The position numbers were made by a program, and so were the translations under genes. Below, one piece after another: positions 1 to 8,701 of a DNA stretch of 50,056 nt. Numbering within the stretch: the stretch's first letter is position 1; each line of letters opens with the position of its first letter. The notes beneath the pieces were generated by a model. That model saw only the letters and a program-made list of their open reading frames with translations. It was not told the origin of the DNA and searched no databases. The stretch is taken from IMG/VR virus record IMGVR_UViG_3300028586_000005, positions 1 to 50,056 of that record; one strand, 5' to 3'. The DNA is from a virus (Duplodnaviria; Caudoviricetes).

Positions 1-127
1 CAAGACGTTCATCTGCCACGACTTTGACGGTCAGGTCGTCATGGTTCACCAGCGCTACCAGACGAAGGATGGGGGCAAGGGCTTCATCCCTTGGACGCGA
101 TGGAGCGACGGCAAGTGGCGCAAGATG
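1..127. repeat. Exact terminal direct repeat (copy 2 at 49930-50056); probably assembly overlap of a circular contig
   Basis: The first 127 nt are identical to the last 127 nt and lie inside a reading frame; 127 is a common maximum assembler k-mer. Confidence 0.95.
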
Positions 128-1894
128 GAGCCGGAGGTCATGCCCTTCTATGGGCTCCCCGGCGCGAAGGAACACTCAACCCTTTATATCCACGAGGGCT
201 CGAAAGCCGCCTCCCGCGTGCGTAGGATCATCGAAGGGCGGGAGCCGGAGGCGAAGCTGCCCTGGCTCGAAAACATGCGCTACGGGGCGCATATCGGCTG
301 GATAGGGGGCGTTCACGCGCTGGAGCGGTCGGACTGGACCTCGCTCGCGAAGCTGGGCTGGCGCCGCGTCGTGATCGTCGCCGACAACGACCAGATGGGT
401 AAGAATGTCGTCCCGCAGATCGCCAAGTATTTCCGCTGCCCGACGTTCACCCTCCAGTTCACGGAGGAGTGGCCGGACAGGTTTGACCTCGGCGACGACT
501 GGCCCGAGAAGATGTTCGGCGATGAGGGGCAGTATATCGGCATTCCCTATGAGCGTTGCATCCAGCCGGCGACTTGGGCGACGGATGAGATCGAAGTCGC
601 GGGCGAGACGCCGACCGGGCGCCCGACCGTCCGCGTAGTACCTGAAATCCGCGACGTGTTCGCGGAACAGTGGGCGTGGATCGAGAAGGTCGATCAGATG
701 GTAAATCTGGAGATGCCGAACTATCGCCTCAAGTCGAGTAACTTCAACGCCTTCGTGCGATCATTCTCCCACTCGAAGGATACGCTTGAGCTGTTCCATC
801 GGTTTTATTCCGGTAACCAGATGGACCTCACTTATGACCCGTCCAATGAGGCCACGATCGTCCGCAACGCTGCCGGCCTCCAAGCGGTCAACCTCTACCA
901 GCCGTCGCCTGTCAAGCCGACGCCCGGCGACTACGGGCCGTGGCTCGACTTCATGGCGTACCTGATCCCGTCCGAGGCGGATCGCGCGCACGTCATGCGG
1001 TGGATCGCGACCCTCCGCGCGCGCCCGGCGACGCGGATGGTGTACGGCATCCTCCTCATGAGCGAGCAGCAGGGGATCGGCAAGGGGACGCTCGGGCGCA
1101 TTCTCGCCGAGCTAGTCGGGCGCGCCAACACCGCGTTCCCTGGTGAGTCGATGATTACCAATTCCGACTTCAACGGATGGATCGAGGGCAAGCGCCTCAT
1201 CGTCGTGGACGAGATTTACTCCGGCCACAGCTGGAAGGCGTACAACAAGCTCAAGCCCTACGTCTCTGACGAAACGATCGAGGTCAACGTCAAGCATCAG
1301 GCCACGTGGTCGATGCCGAATTGGACGCACTACCTCCTCATGTCGAACTCGAAGGCGGCGCTCAAGCTGGAGACGAGTGACCGGCGCTGGATGGTCCCAG
1401 AGGTCGCCGAGCGCCCGTGGACCGAGGCTCAGTTCCAGACGTTCAATGAATGGCTGTACCGCGGCGGGCTCGCGATCATCGCGCATTGGGCGCACACATA
1501 CGAACAGCGCGGTGAAGGCAAGTATGTCCGGCCCGGCGAAATCTCGCCGATGTCCGCGAGCAAGGCGAAGCTGATCGAGGAGAGCAAGAGCGAGGCCGAG
1601 CAGGAAATCCTGTCGCTCGCTTCTGAGTTGCGGGAGGCCGCGGAGCCCATCGCGATCCTACTCCCGGACCTCCGCGCCTGGGTTGCAACGCGGGTCGATG
1701 AGCGGGTATTCGAGACGGCGCAGGCGGTGACCCGGATCGTCAAGGGGGCAGGGCTCTGGGTCCTCCCTCCGATGAAGGTCGGCGGCGCGAAACAGGCCGT
1801 CATCGTCAACAAGGAGGAGATGACCGAGTGGGAGCCGGGCCGCGTCCGTGACGCGATCCGCGCGGCGTCCACGGTCATCGAGGACCCCATGTGA
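2..1894 (+). CDS. Primase-helicase (TOPRIM-like domain plus SF3-type/DUF5906 P-loop helicase), 3' part; the gene begins at 49634 and wraps the join (about 729 aa)
   Basis: TOPRIM-like YIHEG and IVADND motifs; Walker A EQQGIGKG; Walker B IVVDEI; frame continuous with GTG at 49634. Confidence 0.85.
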   Translation, partial: KTFICHDFDGQVVMVHQRYQTKDGGKGFIPWTRWSDGKWRKMEPEVMPFYGLPGAKEHSTLYIHEGSKAASRVRRIIEGREPEAKLPWLENMRYGAHIGWIGGVHALERSDWTSLAKLGWRRVVIVADNDQMGKNVVPQIAKYFRCPTFTLQFTEEWPDRFDLGDDWPEKMFGDEGQYIGIPYERCIQPATWATDEIEVAGETPTGRPTVRVVPEIRDVFAEQWAWIEKVDQMVNLEMPNYRLKSSNFNAFVRSFSHSKDTLELFHRFYSGNQMDLTYDPSNEATIVRNAAGLQAVNLYQPSPVKPTPGDYGPWLDFMAYLIPSEADRAHVMRWIATLRARPATRMVYGILLMSEQQGIGKGTLGRILAELVGRANTAFPGESMITNSDFNGWIEGKRLIVVDEIYSGHSWKAYNKLKPYVSDETIEVNVKHQATWSMPNWTHYLLMSNSKAALKLETSDRRWMVPEVAERPWTEAQFQTFNEWLYRGGLAIIAHWAHTYEQRGEGKYVRPGEISPMSASKAKLIEESKSEAEQEILSLASELREAAEPIAILLPDLRAWVATRVDERVFETAQAVTRIVKGAGLWVLPPMKVGGAKQAVIVNKEEMTEWEPGRVRDAIRAASTVIEDPM

Positions 1895-1943
1895 AATAAT
1901 TTTTGAATCTCAGCTTTACTTCAGGAACGGAAGGCCATACAAG
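1894..1943 (+). promoter_or_regulatory. Early promoter P1 (AT-rich UP element, -35 TTTACT, 17 nt spacer, -10 TACAAG)
   Basis: TTTACT 1915-1920 and TACAAG 1938-1943; same architecture at three other loci. Confidence 0.75.
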
Positions 1944-1981
1944 GGGGTTATTGAAGAGACGGAAACGAAGGAAACCAAGAG

Positions 1982-2290
1982 ATGACCACCGTGATCGACC
2001 GCTCGACCCTCCAGCTGGACGGCACCAAGACCGCCTTCATCTTCGGCGTCCGCCTCAACGGCACCGTGGAAGCCACCCTCGCCGGCAAGACCCGCCGCGT
2101 TCGCGCTTCTGTCTGGGAGGAGACGCCTGACGCGATCTACGCCCACGGCATCTCGGGCCGCTACCAGACGGGCTCGAAGGCTTGGCCTGCCACCGTCATC
2201 CTCTACGGCGATGGTCGCGAGCACATCCAGTTCGGTCGCGACGAGCGCGCGGGCCGCTGCACCAAGACCTCGCTCCACTTCGTCGACTAA
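1982..2290 (+). CDS. Hypothetical early protein
   Basis: AAGGAAACC RBS, strongly GC3-biased codons, first gene after P1. Confidence 0.8.
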   Translation: MTTVIDRSTLQLDGTKTAFIFGVRLNGTVEATLAGKTRRVRASVWEETPDAIYAHGISGRYQTGSKAWPATVILYGDGREHIQFGRDERAGRCTKTSLHFVD

Positions 2291-2344
2291 CACGAACCTA
2301 CCGGGGAGGGCTCCTCCTCCCCGGCCCTTGCGAAGGAAACGAAC

Positions 2345-3277
2345 ATGGCTACCCTCAAGCTCCGCGACAACAACGGCATCAAGCTCGACGCCGCCCTCAA
2401 GTCCGAGTTCCCCGCAATCTTCAACAAGCGCCGCTCGACGAACGTCAGCGAGGAGTACCAAATGTATAACTCGGCGGAGGTCGTCGACCTCATGCTGAAG
2501 GCCGGGCTGAGCCTCGTGGAGGTCGGGCAGGAGAAGCTGGGTTGGTCGACGAAGCGCCAGCCGCACACCCAGGTCCACACGATGCGCTTCATGTCGCCCG
2601 AGTTCGCCCGCAAGGACTTCGGCGTCGGCGACAGCCACCCGGAAATCGTCGTCATGAACTCGCACGACGGGCGCTGCGTGTTCCGGGCGATGGCCGGCGT
2701 GTTCCGGCTCGTCTGCTCGAACGGCATGGTGGTCGCCGATCAAAACTTCGGCATCGTCCGCCGCCGTCACTTCGGCGAGGCCAACGCCTTCGCGAAGGTC
2801 AAGGAGATCATCGCCGACATGCCGCGGGTCGTCGCCGAGGTCAGCGGGCGGATTGAGGACTGGTCCGCGGTTCGTCTGTCGACCGCCGAGCAGATCGAAC
2901 TCGCGCGCCTCTCGATGGCGGAGAAGGTGCCGACCGGCTCGGTGCGGGCTCCCGACTGGCTCCTCCCGGAACAGGTCCTAGAGGCTCGGCGCGACGGCGA
3001 GCACACCGCGGGCGACGGGACCCGCGACCTCTGGACGACGTTCAACGTTCTGCAGGAGTCGCTGACGAACGCCCGCATCCCGCGGCTCGCCGGGGAGGGC
3101 CGCGCCCGCACGATCCAGCCGGTTACGGACGTGGTGGGGAACACTGGGTACAACCAGAAGCTCTGGGCGACCGCGGAGGCTTACTTCAACGCGAAGCTGG
3201 AGACGCTGGCGGAGGAGGAGCGCGCCGCGATCGACGCAGCCCGCGCTGCTCGGGCTCCCGCTTTGATCGAAGCTTGA
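2345..3277 (+). CDS. DUF932/DUF945-family protein
   Basis: Signature PEIVVMNSHDG...AGVFRLVCSNG and DLWTTFNVLQE. Confidence 0.85.
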   Translation: MATLKLRDNNGIKLDAALKSEFPAIFNKRRSTNVSEEYQMYNSAEVVDLMLKAGLSLVEVGQEKLGWSTKRQPHTQVHTMRFMSPEFARKDFGVGDSHPEIVVMNSHDGRCVFRAMAGVFRLVCSNGMVVADQNFGIVRRRHFGEANAFAKVKEIIADMPRVVAEVSGRIEDWSAVRLSTAEQIELARLSMAEKVPTGSVRAPDWLLPEQVLEARRDGEHTAGDGTRDLWTTFNVLQESLTNARIPRLAGEGRARTIQPVTDVVGNTGYNQKLWATAEAYFNAKLETLAEEERAAIDAARAARAPALIEA

Positions 3278-3325
3278 GCTAAGGGAGGGGAGGCGCCGGG
3301 CCTCCCCTCCCGCATGAGGAAACCG

Positions 3326-5110
3326 ATGACGAACGTTATGGACCAGCTGCTGGGGATGAGCCAGCAAGACCATCTCCGCACCCTCTCGAAGGTCCCGCCA
3401 ACCCTCTCGTTCCGGGAGGGTATCTGCGAACTCGCGTTCGAGGCGATCAACCTCTCGACGTTCGAGGCCGCCAAGCAGATGCCGGGCGGAAGCCGATGGG
3501 ACGGCAAGACGCTCCGCTTCAAGGCGCATGAGTCGTCGATCGCCTACGTCAAGCGCACGTGGTCCAACGTCATTATCCTCAAGCCGCAAGTCCCGCGCGC
3601 AGCCAAGCCACTCCCGGACATCGTCGAGGTCGAGGGCGCACTCAGGTGGGTCCCGCGTCACCCGCCCTTCGAGCACCAGCGCATCGCCTTCAATCTCGGG
3701 ATCGGCAAGCGGGCGTTCGCCTACCTCATGGATATGGGGACCGGCAAGACCAAGGCCGCGATCGACGACGCAGCGTTCCAGTTCTCCAACCACCTCATCG
3801 ACCGGGTGCTAGTCATCGCGCCCAATGGCGTCCACGAGCAGTGGATTGACGACGCCCTCCCGGTCCACTGGCCGCTCGCGCTCGGCGCTGTCCGCTACGC
3901 GATCCGCACTGGTGACAGCTACATCGAGAAGGGCAAGAAGGTCAACCGCCGGCCCGACTGGTACCCGAGCGGCGCCGGCGCCGAGCGCGACTGTAAGTGG
4001 CTCGCGGTCAACATCGAGAACCTCAAGGCGCGCAAGATCAAACAAGGCGGGATCGAGCGCTGGGTGCTGGAGGGGCTGGCCGCGGAGCTTGAGGCGTTCG
4101 TCAAGGCAGGCCGCTGCATGATTATTCTCGATGAGTCGCACAAGACCAAGAACCCGATGGCAAAGCGGACGAAGGCGTGCCAAATCCTCGCCAAGTCGGC
4201 GACCTTCAAGCGCATCCTGACCGGCTCCCCGATCGCGAAGGGGGTGGAGGACTATTACAGCCAGTTCAAGTTCCTCGACCCGACGATCATCGGCTGCCAC
4301 ACAATGGCAGGCTTCAAGCAGCAATTCTGCATCATGGGGGGCTTCGACAAGGAGGAGATTGTCGGCTATCGCTCAATGGACGAGTTCCATCGGCGCATCT
4401 CTCCATTCTCCTACCGCGTCGAGAAGGATGACGTTCTCGACCTCCCGCCGAAGATGTACATGGAACGCTTCGTCGAGATGACGCCGGAGCAGCGCCGCGT
4501 CTATAATGAACTGAAGGTTCATCTTGAAACGGAACTCAGCGACGGCACTGTCCTCACTGTCGACCAGATCACTACCCGGATGCTGCGGTTCCAGCAGGTT
4601 GTCATGGGCTTCCTGCCGCGGGAGGACGGGACGGTCGAGCGGTTCCCCACGAACCGAATGACCGCGCTCCGCGATCTGATCGAGCAAGCGCCGGGCCGCG
4701 TCGTGATCTGGTGCCGGTTCCATCAGGACATCGACGACGTGCTCGCCGAACTCGGCGATGAAGCAGTCCAGTACGATGGGCGGAACAAGGCCCAGCGCCC
4801 AGAGATCAAGCGCGAGTGGCTCATGCCGGGATCGCGCAAGCGCTACTTTGTCGGCAACGCGCAGGCCGGCGGCACCGGGCTCGACTGGATCAATGGCGCG
4901 TCGACCGTGATCTATTACAGCAACAGCTTCGCGTCGATCGACCGCTGGCAGTCGGAGGACCGCACCCACCGGATCGGGACCAAGGGGACGGTCAGCTATT
5001 ATGACATCATCTGCCGCGCGACCGTCGACAAGGCGATCATCGCCAACCTGCGCGGGAAGCGCGACGTGAGCGCTATGAGCCTGACTGAGCTAAAGGAGCT
5101 AGTCGGATAG
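3326..5110 (+). CDS. SNF2-family helicase/ATPase
   Basis: MDMGTGKT, ILDESH, LTGSP, QSEDRTHRIG; start placed at the ATG after GAGGAAACCG. Confidence 0.9.
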   Translation: MTNVMDQLLGMSQQDHLRTLSKVPPTLSFREGICELAFEAINLSTFEAAKQMPGGSRWDGKTLRFKAHESSIAYVKRTWSNVIILKPQVPRAAKPLPDIVEVEGALRWVPRHPPFEHQRIAFNLGIGKRAFAYLMDMGTGKTKAAIDDAAFQFSNHLIDRVLVIAPNGVHEQWIDDALPVHWPLALGAVRYAIRTGDSYIEKGKKVNRRPDWYPSGAGAERDCKWLAVNIENLKARKIKQGGIERWVLEGLAAELEAFVKAGRCMIILDESHKTKNPMAKRTKACQILAKSATFKRILTGSPIAKGVEDYYSQFKFLDPTIIGCHTMAGFKQQFCIMGGFDKEEIVGYRSMDEFHRRISPFSYRVEKDDVLDLPPKMYMERFVEMTPEQRRVYNELKVHLETELSDGTVLTVDQITTRMLRFQQVVMGFLPREDGTVERFPTNRMTALRDLIEQAPGRVVIWCRFHQDIDDVLAELGDEAVQYDGRNKAQRPEIKREWLMPGSRKRYFVGNAQAGGTGLDWINGASTVIYYSNSFASIDRWQSEDRTHRIGTKGTVSYYDIICRATVDKAIIANLRGKRDVSAMSLTELKELVG

Positions 5111-5142
5111 CGGCTAGATCGTGCAGCGCGCTTGCAGGAGCA

Positions 5143-5184
5143 CAAAAAGAAAGGCCGGCGTTCCGATATACTGGAGCGCCAGCC
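5143..5184 (-). terminator. Rho-independent terminator ending the late operon (possibly bidirectional)
   Basis: Minus strand AGGCTGGCGCTCC...GGAACGCCGGCCT followed by TTCTTTTTG, between convergent genes. Confidence 0.75.
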
Positions 5185-5206
5185 TCACTGTTCCTAGGCC
5201 CGGAAA

Positions 5207-5419
5207 TCAGCTGTTCTCGGCGACCAGCTTCTGGAGGTCGGCGTGGGCGTCGGCGGCGCCGTCGACCGCGAGGTCATACGCCCGGCGCAGCGTCTCCTGA
5301 TCGGCGTTCTTGTCGAACGTCGACACCGCGGCATCGAACAGCTTCTTGAACTCGGGCAGGGCGGCGATCACCGGCCCGACCGACTGGAGCGCCTTGAGCG
5401 CGAGGCCAACCGTCAACAT
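5207..5419 (-). CDS. Small protein at the end of the lysis cassette
   Basis: TGATG coupling to the upstream lipoprotein gene; good codon bias. Confidence 0.7.
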   Translation of the reverse strand: MLTVGLALKALQSVGPVIAALPEFKKLFDAAVSTFDKNADQETLRRAYDLAVDGAADAHADLQKLVAENS

Positions 5420-5796
5420 CAATTATCTCCCGAGGCGGCGAGGAGCCCATTGGCCGCGGCGCGCGCCTCCTTGACCGCGGCGTTGAAGGCGAGAATGTCC
5501 TGCGCGTCATAGGCGCGGCGAACCTTCTGCGTCGCATCGAACCCGACATTGTCGAGTTCGCCGATGTGCGCGATCGTCTCCTTGTCCTTCACGACGCCGG
5601 CCCGGATCGCGAGCGCGGCGGCGCGGCTGGCGGCGGTGTAGGCGAGCGTCACGGTCAGGCCGACCTGTTCGTCCACCTTGGAGGTTCGCGGGTCGAGGGA
5701 GACAGTCGGCGTGGCGCCGTTCGGGATGGGCTCCGCGACGTTGCAGGCCGCGAGGGCAAGCGCCGGGAGGAGAGCGAGACGGAACAATCGGGTCAT
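5419..5796 (-). CDS. Lipoprotein, possible spanin component
   Basis: Signal peptide with lipobox LALAAC; directly downstream of the endolysin. Confidence 0.6.
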   Translation of the reverse strand: MTRLFRLALLPALALAACNVAEPIPNGATPTVSLDPRTSKVDEQVGLTVTLAYTAASRAAALAIRAGVVKDKETIAHIGELDNVGFDATQKVRRAYDAQDILAFNAAVKEARAAANGLLAASGDN

Positions 5797-5817
5797 GGTA
5801 GTTCTCCTGCTATCGAG

Positions 5818-6360
5818 TCAGAGGCCGACGCGGGTGCGGAGCCAGCCGAACACGAACTCTTCATTGGGGGCGCGCGAGCGGGCCAGCTGCTTGTACTTGG
5901 CGCCCTGGTCGCTGTTGAGGCCCTTCAGCATGACCTCGACCGCCTCGCTGCCGCGCGCCTTGAGGAAGGCGCGGAACGCGGCGATGGTCGCCGGCCCGAT
6001 GTCGCCGTCCTCCTCGATGTCGGCATAGAGTTTCCCTTGCCTGTTGAAGGCGTTCAGCCACTCTTGGAACCAGCGCGCCGGGACGTCAGGCCCCATATTG
6101 ACGCCCGTGTCAAATAGTTCCTCGGCGACCGCCATGTTGACAGTCGCGACTAGGTTGAAGCCGGGCTTGACCCAATACTTCTGCTGATAGATCGCAACTG
6201 CTTCCGCCTGCCGCATCGACTTCATCGGGCCGGTGTAACCGTTCGCCCGAGCGACCGCGACGGTGATGCCCCAATTCGTCTCGCCGCCCTTGTCATTCGG
6301 GTTGTTGACGTAACCGCCCTCTTTCGCGAGCGTCGAAGCGATGATCTCAGTGATAGTCAT
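5818..6360 (-). CDS. Endolysin, glycoside hydrolase family 108 with C-terminal peptidoglycan-binding domain
   Basis: EGGYVNNPNDKGGETNWGIT, FDTGVNMG, DGDIGPAT, FVFGW. Confidence 0.93.
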   Translation of the reverse strand: MTITEIIASTLAKEGGYVNNPNDKGGETNWGITVAVARANGYTGPMKSMRQAEAVAIYQQKYWVKPGFNLVATVNMAVAEELFDTGVNMGPDVPARWFQEWLNAFNRQGKLYADIEEDGDIGPATIAAFRAFLKARGSEAVEVMLKGLNSDQGAKYKQLARSRAPNEEFVFGWLRTRVGL

Positions 6361-6722
6361 TTCGTTTCCTCCGTTGCGCCGATCAGCGCCTTGATCGCGG
6401 CCATGATCCGCTTGCCGATAACGTCGAGCACCAGGATGCCCGAGAAGCCGAGCCCGATGCCCCAGACCACCGCCATACCCTCGCCGATGCGCCCGCCACC
6501 GAACTTACCGGAGACGATCATGAGGAGGAGGATCGCGAGCACCGCGGTGAGCGCCCACTCCTGCTTAGGCGTGAGCTTACGCGCCGGCTCGGGCGCGATC
6601 TGACGGACCAGCAAGAGGCTCGCCAGCGACAGCGCGAACGCGAGCAGCGGAATGTCGAGGCCGGCGACCGTCACGATGGCAGGACCGATCGCGGGCACGG
6701 CGACTGGAACTTGATCCTTCAT
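6357..6722 (-). CDS. Putative holin (about 3 TM segments)
   Basis: Hydrophobic helices, basic C-terminus, ATGA overlaps with both neighbours, directly upstream of the endolysin. Confidence 0.6.
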   Translation of the reverse strand: MKDQVPVAVPAIGPAIVTVAGLDIPLLAFALSLASLLLVRQIAPEPARKLTPKQEWALTAVLAILLLMIVSGKFGGGRIGEGMAVVWGIGLGFSGILVLDVIGKRIMAAIKALIGATEETK

Positions 6723-7282
6723 TTCCCAAGTGCGACCCCGAGCGAGATGAACGCGCAGATCGCAGCGATGCGGATTTGCGGGAGCATCTGCCGCCATCTC
6801 GGCCAGAGGTCGATTGGCAGCGGTTGGATAATAAGCTGATAGTTGATGACCGGCTTCGCACGGTACCAGAGGATCAGCGCACTGACGATCGGAAACATCA
6901 CCATGCCGTCCATGAAGCGATCGACCTCGGCGATACGCATGGACGAAGTGTAGGAGACTTCGCCCCAGGTCAGCATGACAACGGCATCCGGGAACGCCCC
7001 GATCAGGATGCCTAGCAATAGTTGCCAGATGATGTAGCGGTTGATGTTGATCGGATCGCGCCAGCCGCTAAATTTGCGCTGTTCGATCGCATTGTGGATC
7101 GAGCCATAGAGCGCGGTCGAGACCATGGCGCAGGTGAAGAGGAGGGAGAACAGCGCGAAGCCATACGTGCCGCGCTCACCGTGGAACGAAGGCGGGATGC
7201 TTGCCATCGACTTGGAGCCGGCGAGCCAATCCACCGAGTTCGTCAGCGGGTCGGCGCCCGCTTGGATGAGTGCGGCGAGCAT
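6719..7282 (-). CDS. Multi-pass membrane protein (about 4 TM)
   Basis: Four hydrophobic segments; GGAGG RBS. Confidence 0.7.
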   Translation of the reverse strand: MLAALIQAGADPLTNSVDWLAGSKSMASIPPSFHGERGTYGFALFSLLFTCAMVSTALYGSIHNAIEQRKFSGWRDPININRYIIWQLLLGILIGAFPDAVVMLTWGEVSYTSSMRIAEVDRFMDGMVMFPIVSALILWYRAKPVINYQLIIQPLPIDLWPRWRQMLPQIRIAAICAFISLGVALGK

Positions 7283-7294
7283 AGCGCCCTCCTG

Positions 7295-7573
7295 TTATGC
7301 GATTGGGGCGAGCGGCGCCGGGAGGATGCGCGCCATGCCATTGAGGCCGGTGCGGATCGCGTTCACCATCGGCGCGACCTCGGGCAGGACCACCAGCTCA
7401 TCCGGCAGCGCGGCGAGCGCGGCGTTGAACTCGGCGAAGCAATCCGACCCGAGCAGGTCGCGGAGCGGCTTGAACTTCGCATCACGCTCGGCGGCGATAG
7501 CGGCGTTGCGGCGCGCGATCGTCATCTGCGCGGCCTGATACTCTTCATCGCTGGGATTGGCGTTGTCGGCCAT
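7295..7573 (-). CDS. Hypothetical protein
   Basis: RBS and codon bias; co-oriented with the late operon. Confidence 0.7.
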   Translation of the reverse strand: MADNANPSDEEYQAAQMTIARRNAAIAAERDAKFKPLRDLLGSDCFAEFNAALAALPDELVVLPEVAPMVNAIRTGLNGMARILPAPLAPIA

Positions 7574-7639
7574 GGCGTCCTCTTGGGGATAGCGGAGAAG
7601 GCCAAGCCTAACGCTTCGCGCGCGTCAGTAGGAACAGGG

Positions 7640-8386
7640 TCAAAAGAACGTGGCTGGGAGGGGAATGTCGGTGACGTCGATCACCATGACTTCGCCCGGC
7701 ACGTACCAAGACGGCGGCACGCCGGTCGTGTCGATCGTCGCGTTGTCCCAAAGTATCTGATCGAAATACGCGGTGCGGCCGTCCGGGCTGATCTTGCCGC
7801 CGTGGACGTATCCTTGCATGTTATAGCGGTATGAGTCACAGTTGCCATCGTCCGGGACCGGGACGCCGTTAGCGAGACAGATGCCCTCGCCCGGATCACT
7901 CTGGCCGCCAAATACTCCCTGCGCGGTCGCGAGCGTATATTCATTCCCATAGTTCCGCTGCCCGCCGCCGACCAGAACATCCATGACGATGAGGGGGAAA
8001 TAGTCGCTACTAAACTTTATGACACCCGTCAATTCGTCCCAGAACACTACCGCGGCATTTGGGTCAGGGGCAGGGAGGCTTTCGCCGGGCTCGAATATCC
8101 AATAATTGAAGTTGGTGCCCGGCGGCGCGTTCGTTGCGAACGTCCGGGTGCCGGTGACGGACTGGTTGCCGACGAACGCCGCGGTGTATCCGCCGTCGAT
8201 CCGAACAGCGATCACCGGCTGCACCGAACCGGCGGGCAAAGTGATCCGCATGAAGCTCTTGTACTGGGTCGAGCCGCCGTTGCGCGCGGTCGTCGGGCCG
8301 TGCCCGGTCCAACGGCAGAAGTGCGACAAGAACTCAGTCGAGCACTGTAGGGCGCCGGTGTCCTCCGCCCAGAACTCCATCTTCAT
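7640..8386 (-). CDS. Putative minor tail / tail-tip accessory protein
   Basis: Position after the tail tip gene; beta-rich composition; N-terminus xEFWxED echoes the neighbouring gene. Confidence 0.55.
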   Translation of the reverse strand: MKMEFWAEDTGALQCSTEFLSHFCRWTGHGPTTARNGGSTQYKSFMRITLPAGSVQPVIAVRIDGGYTAAFVGNQSVTGTRTFATNAPPGTNFNYWIFEPGESLPAPDPNAAVVFWDELTGVIKFSSDYFPLIVMDVLVGGGQRNYGNEYTLATAQGVFGGQSDPGEGICLANGVPVPDDGNCDSYRYNMQGYVHGGKISPDGRTAYFDQILWDNATIDTTGVPPSWYVPGEVMVIDVTDIPLPATFF

Positions 8387-8701
8387 CTACCAAATCCCGT
8401 ACAAGAACGCGGCGTTGGGCCGTGTAGTGGGGGAGGCGGGATCATTGCGATAGCTCCACGTCAAAGTATTGCCCGAGAAGCTAATCGTGACTAGGTTGCC
8501 GGAAACATCCACCTGCCCGTCAATGAATATTGTGCGTGGTTCGTTCGCCGGATAGGCGGTGAAGCGCGGGTCAGTAATCGTCCCGGACTTCGCCGCGCCG
8601 GTGAAGTTCCAGCCGACTTGCGCCATGCCGAGGCGCTTGAAGCAGCGCTGCCCGATCCTGAGCCGGCGGCGTCCATCAGGCGCCCATAGTTCGAGCGGCA
8701 T
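8387..8701 (-). CDS. Putative minor tail protein
   Basis: Directly coupled to the tail tip gene. Confidence 0.55.
   Translation of the reverse strand: MPLELWAPDGRRRLRIGQRCFKRLGMAQVGWNFTGAAKSGTITDPRFTAYPANEPRTIFIDGQVDVSGNLVTISFSGNTLTWSYRNDPASPTTRPNAAFLYGIW

Noticed and set aside
1-127. Biological direct terminal repeat
   Set aside because: It lies mid-gene, its length equals a common assembly k-mer, and the packaging module looks cos-type
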